A stretch of DNA of 64,000 nucleotides from positions 1,694 through 65,693 of the forward strand of contig CAOKLQ010000002.1 of the NCBI GenBank assembly GCA_948469315.1, given 5' to 3'. Positions within the stretch are counted from its first letter, which is position 1; every line of letters begins with the position of its first letter. The notes under the pieces were generated by a model that ran no database searches, was not told the origin of the DNA, and worked only from the letters and a program-made list of their open reading frames with translations. Below are positions 30,176 to 40,908 of the stretch, piece after piece. The stretch comes from an uncultured Clostridium sp. Lineage in GTDB: Bacteria; Bacillota; Clostridia; TANB77; CAG-508. The translations under genes were made by a program, and so were the position numbers.

Positions 30176-31354
30176 TTATATTAACTTTCTATGCAATTGT
30201 TCTACTAAATTATCAGAAACTTTTCCTTTAAACATAATTGCAATTTTTGAATCGCTTAAATCAACTCTTAAAATTGGTTCTTTGTTTTCTTCTATTATTT
30301 TCATAGTATTTTTTAGTATTTTGTCATTATTCATTATTCCATAACCAATTATAGAAATTTTTGAAACATTAAAATACGTACAATCTATCATATTTAGCTC
30401 ATTTTCTAACAAATCATTAAATTTATTGAAAAATTCTGTTTTTATTGTAAATTTTATATCAAAATTATAAATACTATTATTTGCTAAATTATTTATAAAA
30501 ATGCCATTATTTATTAAAATTTCATAAATTCTATTAAATAACTCTATAGAATAAGTTTGTGCTTTTGCATGTATATAAACAATGTTATCATTTTTTACTA
30601 TACTTTTTACTCCACTTTCTTCTATTTTATAACTAATAACAGAACCAGGTTTATTATTAAAAGTTGATTTTGTAATTATTGGTATATTAAATTTTTCTCC
30701 TATTTCAACACATCTATTATGAAGGACTTTTGCTCCCTCTGCTGAAATTTCTAACATTTCTTCATATGATAAAGTATTTAATTTTCTACTTGATGCAATT
30801 TTATTAGGATCAGATGTGTATACTCCATCTACATCTGAAAATATATAGCAATGTTTAGCATTTAAAGCTGCTGCTATTGCCACTGCACTTGTATCTGATC
30901 CTCCTCTTCCAAGTGTTGTTATATCTAGATTTTCATTAATTCCTTGAAAACCTGTAATTATAACAATTTTACCTTCATCTAATTCTTTATTTATTCGAGA
31001 TGTATTTATACTTTCAATTATTGCATTTTGATTTGTATTATTTGTAAATATTCCAGCTTGCCATCCTGTTAGAGATATTGCTTTAAATCCAAGTTTATTA
31101 AGTAAAATACTTAATTTTGAGCTAGACATTTGCTCTCCTGAACTTAATAAAACATCTAATTCTCTATCATTTGGAATCTTATCAAGTTCTAGAGCTTGAC
31201 TTAAGAGTTTATCTGTTGTTTTTCCTTGTGCTGAAACAACAACTACTACTTTGTTTCCTTTATTTACAAAACTAATTATTTTTTCTGCAACTATGTTTAA
31301 TTTTATATTATCTGAAACGGAACTTCCTCCAAATTTTAATACAATTGTGTCCAT
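30176..31354 (-). CDS. lysC: Aspartokinase
   Basis: KFGGSSV, VVVVSAQGKTTD, TTLGRGGSD, DVDGVYTSDP; ACT-like C-terminus. Confidence 0.92.
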   Translation of the reverse strand: MDTIVLKFGGSSVSDNIKLNIVAEKIISFVNKGNKVVVVVSAQGKTTDKLLSQALELDKIPNDRELDVLLSSGEQMSSSKLSILLNKLGFKAISLTGWQAGIFTNNTNQNAIIESINTSRINKELDEGKIVIITGFQGINENLDITTLGRGGSDTSAVAIAAALNAKHCYIFSDVDGVYTSDPNKIASSRKLNTLSYEEMLEISAEGAKVLHNRCVEIGEKFNIPIITKSTFNNKPGSVISYKIEESGVKSIVKNDNIVYIHAKAQTYSIELFNRIYEILINNGIFINNLANNSIYNFDIKFTIKTEFFNKFNDLLENELNMIDCTYFNVSKISIIGYGIMNNDKILKNTMKIIEENKEPILRVDLSDSKIAIMFKGKVSDNLVEQLHRKLI

Positions 31355-31474
31355 AATTGGCACCTTCTTTATACATTAATACATATACATTTTAAATATT
31401 TATATAAAACGTATATTACATTATATGTATAAATTTATAGTTTTGATAAAATTAATATAATTATTTTATCAAAA

Positions 31475-32576
31475 CTATAAATTTGTCTTTAAAAATGCTT
31501 CAATAAAATCATTAATTTCCCCATCCATTACAGCTTCTACATTTCCTGTTTCACAATTTGTTCTGTGGTCTTTTACCATAGTATATGGGCAAAATACGTA
31601 AGAGCGTATTTGACTTCCCCATGCTATGTCTCTTTGCACTCCTTTTAAATCTTCAATTTTATCTTTATGTTCTTTTTCTTTTAAATCTAATAGTTTAGAT
31701 TTAAGCATTTTCATTGCAGTTTCTTTATTCATGGTCTGAGAACGTTCAGATTGACATGTAACAACAATATTTGTTGGCAAATGTGTAATTCTAATTGCAG
31801 AATCTGTTTTGTTTATATGCTGTCCTCCTGCTCCTGAGGCCCTATATGTGTCTATTCTTAAATCTTCTTGTTTTATATCTAATTCAATATCTTGTGTAAT
31901 TTCTGGCAAGACTTCTAAAGATGCAAAAGATGTATGGCGTCTACCTCCACTATCAAATGGAGAAATTCTAACTAATCTGTGTACTCCCATTTCTCCTTTT
32001 AAATAACCATATGCATAAGGACCTTCAATTAGTGCTGTTACACTTTTTAATCCTGCCTCTTCCCCATCTAAATAATCAAGTTCTTTTATAGTAAAATTAT
32101 TTTGAATAGCCCACCTTGAATACATTCTATATAGCATTTGAGCCCAGTCTTGAGATTCTGTTCCTCCTGCCCCTGGATGAAGTGTAATTATTGCATTGTT
32201 ACTGTCATATTTTCCAGATAATAATGTTGAAATTTCTAGTTTTTTTAATTTATAATTTATTTGTTTAGTATTTTCAAGAAGTTCTTTTAATAAATCTTCA
32301 TCAAACTCTAATTCTAGTAGTTCATTCATTTCTATTAATGCTTCTAAATTATTAAAAATTTCAAAATAAGCTTCTTTTTTATCTTTTAATATTTTTATTT
32401 GCTGTAAAATAGGAGTATTTAATTTACTATTCTCCCAAAAACTTGGATTTATAGTTTGTTTTTCTAACTTTTCCAACTCTTTTATAACATTTTCTATGTC
32501 AAAGAGATTCACCTAAACTTTCTAATTTAGATTTTATTAAATCTAATTCTTTTAGATTTTCTTCTAATTCTAGCAA
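31475..32576 (-). CDS. prfB: Peptide chain release factor 2, with programmed +1 frameshift
   Basis: TTG start, LELEENLK...SLGESL then CTT TGA C (32504-32498) with internal SD-like AGGTG; SPF and GGQ motifs. Confidence 0.97.
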
Positions 32577-32594
32577 ATATATCATCTCCTTATA

Positions 32595-33101
32595 TTATAT
32601 TTTTTTATATTGAGTCCATTTTGTTGGATTATCTTTTATCTGCATAATTATATCTTCTATATCATAATTAGAAATTTCAGTAATAATTTTGTCAACTAAC
32701 GTTTTACTTAATATTTTTGTGTTGCCTTTTTTAAAAAGAGCCTTATTTTTAATTTTTTCAGGAATCTTTATATTATATTTAGGTATTAGATAAGAATTTA
32801 GTATATCATAATCATTATATATATCCTTAGAAAAGTATTTTATATAGTGATTATAGAACAAATAATCTGTCAATAAATGTAAAAAATATCCTTTGGAATA
32901 ACTAGTATTTACTGTATTTTCTTTTAAATATTCATATAAATTAGTTTTAGAACTTGTTTTTCCATAATGTGTTAGTGATTTGTCTTCTGCATCATCTGGT
33001 GCAATTATAGCTTCTATAAATTCAGTATAATTTTCTTTTTTATTTGTGTGTTTTTTTAAATATTCTTCAGCAACTGCTAAATGTATTACATAACCTGGCA
33101 T
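32595..33101 (-). CDS. Zinc-dependent phospholipase C-like family protein
   Basis: MP...IHL, APD, THY, GYFLHLLTD. Confidence 0.6.
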   Translation of the reverse strand: MPGYVIHLAVAEEYLKKHTNKKENYTEFIEAIIAPDDAEDKSLTHYGKTSSKTNLYEYLKENTVNTSYSKGYFLHLLTDYLFYNHYIKYFSKDIYNDYDILNSYLIPKYNIKIPEKIKNKALFKKGNTKILSKTLVDKIITEISNYDIEDIIMQIKDNPTKWTQYKKI

Positions 33102-33200
33102 ATCAAATTCTCCTTACAAAATATAATTTTATTATTAACAATATTAAATATTTAGAAAAAAGACAGTATATGTTGAAATTTTAAAAAATAAGGTTGCATT

Positions 33201-33413
33201 TTATTGCACAATAGCATTTACAGAACCATCTTTAATTTCTAAAATCTTATCAACATTCTTTATTGTAGCCAGTCTATGGGCAATTATAAGCACTGTACTA
33301 GTTTGAGAAATTTTATCAATAATACTTTGTATCATTTTTTCTGTTCTTAAATCAATATTTGATGTTGGTTCATCAAATATATAAATACTTGCTTTATGTA
33401 TTATTGCCCTTAT
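33201..33413 (-). pseudogene. 3' fragment of ABC transporter ATP-binding gene (interrupted by ICE)
   Basis: RAIIHKASIYIFDEPTSNID...IIAHRLATIKNVDKI (Walker B, D-loop, H-loop); no Walker A or signature upstream. Confidence 0.8.
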
Positions 33414-33486
33414 TGTATCATAAAAGTAAAATTTTGTCTTTATTTTTGCGACTTTTTTATTTTGAAAATGAAATAAAAGGCAAAAA

Positions 33487-33521
33487 AAATAGCAAGAGCC
33501 AATTTTAAACTCTTGCTATTT
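33487..33521 (-). terminator. Terminator after C5 MTase
   Basis: AAATAGCAAGAG...CTCTTGCTATTT. Confidence 0.7.
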
Positions 33522-33526
33522 GCTAA

Positions 33527-34987
33527 TTACATATCTTTTAATAATTTCTTAAATATCGTTTCTAAAACATTAACAACAATACTATTTCCAGCTTGTCTAT
33601 ATAACTGTGTGTCCGATATTCCCACAGATTTTGCTTTATGAAAGTCTGCATCTTCAAATCCCATCAATCTCCAACATTCAAGAGGAGTTAGTTTTCGTAT
33701 TTTCATAAAGTGATTTCCATCCTCTGAAATCAATACTGCTGCACTCGAACTTGTAATTCCACAAGTTGTTGTTTGTGTAGGTGCAATATCTTTTATCTCT
33801 TTTCGATTATATGGATTAAACATTTTTCTTTCTGCTATACTTGGTCTAAATTGACTAGCAGTAACTGCTGTTGCAATTCCTTCTGTATCATAGATTCTGT
33901 CTTGTAAGCTAGGTTGTTTCTTTTGATTATTTAAACATATAGGTTTAGGTGTTTCAATAACTGTAGCCATACTAGGTGATGTTAAAATTGTCTGCGATAC
34001 CTCTTTTCCAACTCTCCCTCGTTTTGTTGTACTATTAGGATAAGAGTAATTTATTGAATCTCCTTCTCTTGCTTCTGTATATCCTCTTTTTGTTCCTTCT
34101 CTAACAAGAATATAAGGTTGCTTATGTCCTCCATTATCCATAGTAGTTAGTGTAGGCGATATTCCATTTGGATTATATACACTTCCTGCTTGATGCTTTG
34201 ATTTTTCTGTATCAAATAATCCTGCTACTCTTTCAACTTTATTAGATTCTGCAATATATTGATTTTGGTTTCCGCTCATTTTGTGATAACCTGCTATAAG
34301 ACAAGAACTTATATTAGGATTTTTACAATCTTTTAGCAGTTTGTTATTTTTCTTGATTAACCTTCCTATTCCATTTTCCGTTAAATAGAATTTGTCATCT
34401 ACTTTATCTTCTAAAATATCTTTAAGTTTTAAATTTAATGTTACTGGAGATGGAAAAGTAAAATTGTTTTTATCAATATCTTTACGAATAGAAACAATAA
34501 ATACTCTTTCTCTATTTTGTGGAACTCCATAATCTTTTGCGTTTAATACTTTCCAATAGTTATTATATCCTAGTTCTGATATATCATTTAATATTGAATC
34601 AAATTGTTCTTTAAATCTTTGACTTGTTAAATTTTTAACATTCTCAATTATACTATATTTAGGCATTTTTTCTTTTAAGATTTTATACCCTTCATAATAT
34701 AATCCGCTTCTAGTTCCCTCTTTTATTCCTTCCATTCTACCAGCTATTGAAATATCTTGACACGGAAATCCCCAACTCATAAGATCAAAATCTGGTATTT
34801 TATCAGTTTCTATCTTTGTTACATCTCCTAAATTTTTATTTTCTGGTACATTATGAATAGTGCAATAACTCTTAATAGCATATTTATCTATTTCTGAAAA
34901 TCCTACTAATTCATAATCTATATTTAATCTCTCTAATGCTTTTTCAAAAGCTCCAATTCCTGTAAATAGGCTTAATAATTTTAACAT
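33527..34987 (-). CDS. Orphan DNA (cytosine-5) methyltransferase
   Basis: LFTGIG, GFPCQ, ENV, QNRERVF, RKLTPLECWRLMG, QAGNSI. Confidence 0.93.
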   Translation of the reverse strand: MLKLLSLFTGIGAFEKALERLNIDYELVGFSEIDKYAIKSYCTIHNVPENKNLGDVTKIETDKIPDFDLMSWGFPCQDISIAGRMEGIKEGTRSGLYYEGYKILKEKMPKYSIIENVKNLTSQRFKEQFDSILNDISELGYNNYWKVLNAKDYGVPQNRERVFIVSIRKDIDKNNFTFPSPVTLNLKLKDILEDKVDDKFYLTENGIGRLIKKNNKLLKDCKNPNISSCLIAGYHKMSGNQNQYIAESNKVERVAGLFDTEKSKHQAGSVYNPNGISPTLTTMDNGGHKQPYILVREGTKRGYTEAREGDSINYSYPNSTTKRGRVGKEVSQTILTSPSMATVIETPKPICLNNQKKQPSLQDRIYDTEGIATAVTASQFRPSIAERKMFNPYNRKEIKDIAPTQTTTCGITSSSAAVLISEDGNHFMKIRKLTPLECWRLMGFEDADFHKAKSVGISDTQLYRQAGNSIVVNVLETIFKKLLKDM

Positions 34988-35054
34988 AACGTAATTCCTC
35001 CTTTGCATACGAAAAAAGCCCCAGAATTTAATCTGGAGCGAATTTTGTATTTAA

Positions 35055-36346
35055 TTATTTACTATATAATGAATCAATCTCTTTTTTCTTTTCCAAAACA
35101 AGTTTTTCTAAATCTGTTCCCTTTGCGATTCCAATTTTTTGATTGTCTTTATCATATAGTTCGTATTCTTTATCATCTACTAAATATAATGTATAAAACT
35201 GATATTTTTCATTATAAGCAGTAAATTTCTTATCTATATGTATTTTGAAGTTTGTATAAGGTAAATTTATACAATACTCTTTATCATTTGAATTTTTGTA
35301 GTCTATTTTATTTCCACCAAATTTAATATTGTGTATGTATAAATCACTACTTGATAATTTTTCTTCTTTTATAGTTTCTAAATGATTAAGTTCTCTTTGA
35401 AGTTCTAATATTTCATTTCTTTTTTTATTTATCTTAATTCGTTCTGATCTTGAATCTTTAATTAACTGCTTTGCTTCATCAATAGAAATTATATTCAAAT
35501 CATTTTGTAATTTTATAAATATATCAACTTCTGGTGGAAATACATAATCCTCATCTATTTCTTTATAAGATATAGCATACTCGTATAATTCATAAAGTCT
35601 AATATAATCATTTGCCATCTCTGTAGTTTTAAGAATCTTATCAAATTTCTCTTGATTCTTTTTCATTTCAACATTTTTATCTTTTATCTGCCCTCTCTTA
35701 ATTGATATTTCTGTTTCAATATCATTAAAATCTCGGATATTATATTTATCTAAATATTCTAATTGTTGTTTTAATTTATAATATCGTTGTATTTCTTGAT
35801 ATTTTGTTTTTTGATATTCATTATAAACTTTTCCTTTAGTTTGCAACTGACTTTTTTCTATAGCAATTTTAGATTCATTTGCTTTTTGAAATAATATAGA
35901 ATTAAATTCTGTTTTATTTGTTTTTATTGCTAGTAATTTAATGTTTGTCCTATCTCTATAAAATTTATATAAATTGCTAGTGCTATATTTTGAACTTATT
36001 GTATCTATTCTTGCATATCTTTGCATACCTAAACATTTAACCGAAATATGTTTTCCTCGCCTTATTTCATATCCTCTAATGGATAATTCATCTAATAATT
36101 CATCAATACCATTACATTTTGAAATAACCTTTTCAATATCATCTTGTATTTGCTCTTTCCAAGTCTGCCTTTTATATTGGTAATAGTAATCTCTTTCTCT
36201 TGATTTCTGATAAATTTTTTTAGGCATAATAAAACAACCATACTCTGCTGCAATCTTATCACTTGTATCGCTTAATCCGTACAAACCTTCTTTTTGATTT
36301 GCAAGTCTATCTTCTAATTTCTTTCCAGACAAGTTTATTGCATTTA
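35055..36346 (-). CDS. Relaxase (MOBP-like), exon 2
   Basis: Splicing joins G+TA to give HIHNHISVNAINLSGKK; spliced ORF 543 aa. Confidence 0.88.
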
Positions 36347-38828
36347 GTAGGCTAAGTGCCAAACGCCTTGACTTATTACTAAGTTAGGTTTTCCAGCACT
36401 CGCCCCCGAACCGTACTTACAACTCTCGCTGTATACGGCTCTCCATTTATTCACGCAGTTTACTTTTATGAATTTTTGAATGGCAATCTTTACATACTAC
36501 TAATGTTTTGCGATTAATCTTTTTCATAAATCTTGCCCAATCTTCTTTTTCGTCTAATTCTTTTAATATTCTAACTTGATGTACTTCTAGTTCACTGGTA
36601 TGTTTACCACACCATTCGCATGTATTAGAATTTAATCTATCTGCCAGTTTAGGTCTTTTCAGAATACCTTTAGGTTTATGAACTGTATCAGCTTCAGCAC
36701 CAAGTGGTCTTGGGTCTTTTGCTAAACTTCCTTTCCATAATATTCGTACCCTTTCATTTCCTTTACTATCTTGATATTTAACTCCAATATCTTTATTTAT
36801 TCTAAACTTTGCTATTATTTTTCTAACTGATGTTCTATATTTACACGCCATGGTTCTATAAAAACTATATTCCATAATACACCTAAATTTGTGTAACTTT
36901 GAACGGTTATTTGCTATTGAATAATAGTTACAAAATCCTCTTATTTCTCCATTGTATTGGTCTAAAATGCTCAAATCATTTCTTCCTGTTAAATCTCCAC
37001 GATGTATTGGTTTCCATATTTCAGTATTATTTTGTACTACTATTTTCATTGATTTTAGTTCGATTAGTTTCTTTTGAATTAGTTCTGTTGGAACTTCTAG
37101 CATTACATGTCCACCGTAATTTCTTGCTTTTATCCCTCTTTTTGTTTTCTTTGTAAGATTACTTTTAGGTGTAACTCTTATATCATATCCTAAAAATCTA
37201 GCCTTGTTAGTTGATTTAGTTATAAGTGTTTTCTCGTTTGATAATTCTAGGTGTAGTCTGTTTTGAATAAATTGTCCTATTTCTTCTTTGACTTTCCTTG
37301 CATCTTCTTTAGAACCAATTATACCAATGATAAAATCATCGCAATATCTAACATATTGTAATCTTTTAAAATTGCTATCCATTGGGTCTTTACATGGCAT
37401 AGTTTTGTGTATTTTATCTAATTCTTGAATTCGTTTTAGTAACATTCCGCTTTTTTTCTTTGTTTTTGCTTCTGCTAAGACTTTTTACTAAACTGTGTCT
37501 TCTTTCTGCTAGCTTTTTATACTCATTGTTGTAACCTCTTTTATTTCCTAAATCAAATTCTTTTTTGTATTCTGTCATGTATTTATCAAATTGGTCTAAG
37601 TAAATATTTGCTAATATTGGACTAATTATTCCACCTTGTGGAGTCCCACTATAGCTTTGATGTAGTTCTTGCTGTTCCATATATCCTGCATTTAAGAATT
37701 TACGTATAAGATTTATAAATCTTTCATCTTTAATTCTTTTACGCAAAATATTTATCATAATGTTGTGGTCTATATTATCAAAAAAGCCTTTAATATCTCC
37801 CTCTACATACCATTTACACCTTACAAATCTGTTTTGTATTTGTCTTAAAGCTGTATGGCAACTTCTGTTAGGTCTAAAACCATGAGATATTTCTTCAAAA
37901 CTATCTTCGTATATTGCTTCTAACAACATGCGAACTACCTCTTGAACTAATTTATCGTCAATAGTTGGTATTCCTAATGGTCTAAGTTTTCCATTTTTCT
38001 TTGGAATGTAAATTCTTCTTGCTGGCTGAGGTTTATAACTTTCATCTGTTAGTGTTTCAATTATTCTGTCTATTCTCTCTAAGCTCATTGCGTCAATTGT
38101 TTTTCCATCTGTACCAGCTGTCATATTGCCTTGTTTAGAATAAATATTTTGATATGCTTGTAGAAATAAATTTCTGTTAAACATATTTCGATATAACCTA
38201 TTATAGGTGTAATCTTTTGAATTAGAATGCTTTTGCAAACTGTTCAATACATTTTCTGGATTTCTCATAGTGCCTCTCGCACCTTCCTTTCTTTTATATT
38301 GAAGTGAATAAACTGCTTTCCTTCGCCATGTAAATGCCATTAACATTCTCAGACTACTACGAAAGCTCCGTTACCCTATTGAATATTCAAAGCCTTTTGC
38401 TCATAGCTAAACAAGTTTTAGCATTTCAACTTAGGTAATCCCCATTTAGATACAAAGTAATTAGCTTGTCCATTATCGGATACAACTTTCGTCCTTTTAT
38501 GCTTATGCAAATAGGTCACATATTCGACTTGCCTACCTCATTTGTCCATTGATAACGTAGGATATGTGATACAACAGTTATAACTATCTTCTGTTGAAGC
38601 CACCACAAATGCCCTTTGGACTGTTGTTCAAGCAGTATAGCTTTTATCCTTATATGAACTTTTGGTCTTGCTATTCAGTCGTGACATGATAGTTTGTCAA
38701 CTTATAACTTTAATGGAGTGCTATTGTCCCCTCAAGGTTTCCCTTTTAGGTTATCCATTGACCACAGACATAAATCTCGCGTCTGCCGTATTGCTAATAC
38801 GGAATTACTTTGCCCCTTATGGGCGCAC
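36347..38828 (-). mobile_element. Group II intron (Ll.LtrB-like) in relaxase
   Basis: 5' GTGCG at 38828; domain V GAGCCGTATACAGCGAGAGTTGTAAGTACGGTTC (36441-36408); domain VI ending CCTAC at 36347; removal restores the relaxase frame. Confidence 0.93.
36447..38268 (-). CDS. ltrA: Intron-encoded RT/maturase/HNH endonuclease, with +1 shift at or near CGGA 37449-37446
   Basis: IPKKNGKLRPLGIP, GFRPNRSCH, EGDIKGFFD, GTPQGG.ISP.LAN, RYCDD, FLGY, CEWCG...RKTLVVC..CH; joined length 606 aa. Confidence 0.9.
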
Positions 38829-39168
38829 CAGATATATGATTGTGTATATGTCCTTTATCAATATGAGTGGATATTACACATTGATAATTCGGATATAGTT
38901 CTTTGCATAATTTCAAGCCAATTTCATTTGCTTGTTCTACAGTTATTTTATCCTTTGGAGAAAAACTTTGTATAATATGATATGCTGATCTAGTTCCTGT
39001 CATTTTAAATTTGTTTTGAACATCTTTAAATTCATAATATGCAGTATTTATATTGCAATTTAAGCTACTTGTAAATCCAACTTTTGCTCCATCATTTTTT
39101 TCATCCAAAATATATTCAATTAAATTTTTCGCAGTTCCTAAATGTGCTAATCTTTTTGTAACTGGCAT
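38829..39168 (-). CDS. Relaxase (MOBP-like), exon 1
   Basis: LIEYI motif I, AYHIIQSF, STH.DKGHIHNH HUH motif. Confidence 0.9.
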
Positions 39169-39584
39169 TGCTTATTATCCTCCACTCCTTCGACTTTTGT
39201 ATGATTTATTTGTTTCCATACATCTAAATCTAATTTTTCATCAATAAGTTTAATCATTGATTTTTGATTCCTTAATATTCCATACATAGTGTTCGTTAAG
39301 TTTTTTAATTCCTCACTTGATAACTGTGTTGCATATCTACTTATATGCCTTATTTCTTTTGCGATTTTTTTTAGTTGTTCTGTATTATCAGAATATGCTT
39401 TATATAGTTCCTCTTTGCTCTTTAAATCGACATAAGTAACATTTTCATAAATTACTGCATCTCTAACATAAGGTGCAAGTCTTTTATATCCATAATATTC
39501 TGCTTTTGCTTCTACTAATATTCGTTCTTCTTTTGATAACCAAACTTTTATACTTTCCCTTCTTTGCTTTGAATTCAATTCCAT
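39147..39584 (-). CDS. MobC-like relaxosome accessory protein
   Basis: RHH-like N-terminus (IKVWLS.EE...A), directly upstream of the relaxase. Confidence 0.65.
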   Translation of the reverse strand: MELNSKQRRESIKVWLSKEERILVEAKAEYYGYKRLAPYVRDAVIYENVTYVDLKSKEELYKAYSDNTEQLKKIAKEIRHISRYATQLSSEELKNLTNTMYGILRNQKSMIKLIDEKLDLDVWKQINHTKVEGVEDNKQCQLQKD

Positions 39585-39605
39585 TACAATCACTCCTCTC
39601 AATTT

Positions 39606-40217
39606 TCAATTTAGATAAAAAAAGTTATCATATATGTAGCCTGCTTTAATATATCGCTCTGTTAATTCCATTTTATATTGTTCTAATAATTCTAAATACT
39701 TTTGTTTGAAACAGTTTTTACATAACCACTTAATTCCTTCTTTAGAAATCACAAATTCATTATCTTTAATATATCTATAACTTGTGTTTACTTTTACCAT
39801 TTTATAAATGGCTCTTTTTATAGTTGGCTTTGATCTATTAAAATACGATTCTAATTTCTTCACATACATATCTTCATTAAATAGACTTTTAGAATTTATA
39901 TTTAATAATTTTTCATATTCCTTAATTCGACTTTCAAAAAATTCAATGTCAGCATCAATTAAAGGTTTTTCTTTTTGAAAATATACATATCTGATCCACA
40001 AATATCCTTCTATTAAAATAAAATACCTTTTACTTTTAATCTTATTGCTTTGCCATCTACAATTAGGATGCTTTCTTAACATAGTTGATACAGCCAATCT
40101 TAAATCTTTGTGTGTAATTTCATTATTGTTTTTAGTTGTAATATTATTGATTTTTAATCGCTTTAATATTTTGTTATACGATAGAAAAATATTATCTAAT
40201 TGATTTTGACTATCCAT
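39606..40217 (-). CDS. Hypothetical ICE protein
   Basis: 203-aa ORF with RBS. Confidence 0.7.
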   Translation of the reverse strand: MDSQNQLDNIFLSYNKILKRLKINNITTKNNNEITHKDLRLAVSTMLRKHPNCRWQSNKIKSKRYFILIEGYLWIRYVYFQKEKPLIDADIEFFESRIKEYEKLLNINSKSLFNEDMYVKKLESYFNRSKPTIKRAIYKMVKVNTSYRYIKDNEFVISKEGIKWLCKNCFKQKYLELLEQYKMELTERYIKAGYIYDNFFYLN

Positions 40218-40235
40218 AAATATATTCCTCTTTTC

Positions 40236-40619
40236 TTATATTTCATTTTCATAGTCAATTACTTCATTATCTGAATGTACTATTTCGTGTTGTATGTTAC
40301 TATTATCCAAATCATTTGTTAATTCTTTCATTGTGATTCCTAAATCATAAAGTTTGTTTAGCATAGTTTGTTTACTTGATTCTATATGCCTATTAGATAA
40401 TACCCTATCTGTAAAATCTTCTAATGCTTCCTTAAATTCTTCATAATAGCTGCCAAAATTCCAAGATTTACTTTTCATATCAAATCCATTTGCTATAATA
40501 TATTTTTCTGGTGCATCGTACATTTTCTCAATTAAAGCATAATTATCTACTAATGCTAAAATTTTTAAATCGCCTAATGACTTTGTTTTAAAATACATAT
40601 TATTTTCTTTATTATCCAT
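40236..40619 (-). CDS. Hypothetical ICE protein
   Basis: AAGGAGG RBS; W..G.Y motif. Confidence 0.7.
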   Translation of the reverse strand: MDNKENNMYFKTKSLGDLKILALVDNYALIEKMYDAPEKYIIANGFDMKSKSWNFGSYYEEFKEALEDFTDRVLSNRHIESSKQTMLNKLYDLGITMKELTNDLDNSNIQHEIVHSDNEVIDYENEI

Positions 40620-40679
40620 AACAATTTTCCTCCTTAACTTCAATTTTTTAACTCTTATATATTCTATTTCTATATTAAA

Positions 40680-40850
40680 AATATTCTTGTACTAGCGAAG
40701 CGTAGGACAAGAAATCCAGAGCAATTTATTTGCTCCGAATATTGAGGATCATTTTTAATGCCCAATATTCGCCAGCTTGGTGTTTTGACACCCTTTTCGC
40801 TGTTTAGGGCAAAAGCCCTAAAACCCATTTTGCCCGCTGGGAGATAATTT
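40680..40850. other. Candidate oriT
   Basis: GC-richer intergenic segment upstream of the mob genes with hairpin TTTAGGGC-AAAA-GCCCTAAA. Confidence 0.45.
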
Positions 40851-40908
40851 TTTGTTTTAATTCTTGAAAAAAGTGGAGCATTTTCTACTCCACTTTCATT
40901 CAATTTTT

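Noticed and set aside
38794-38828. Relaxase ending at 38794 and a separate gene starting at 36362
   Set aside because: Those ends are intron sequence; splicing 38829 to 36346 gives one continuous relaxase
40670-40903. 77-aa ORF
   Set aside because: Atypical composition over a hairpin-rich spacer; better explained as an oriT-like region
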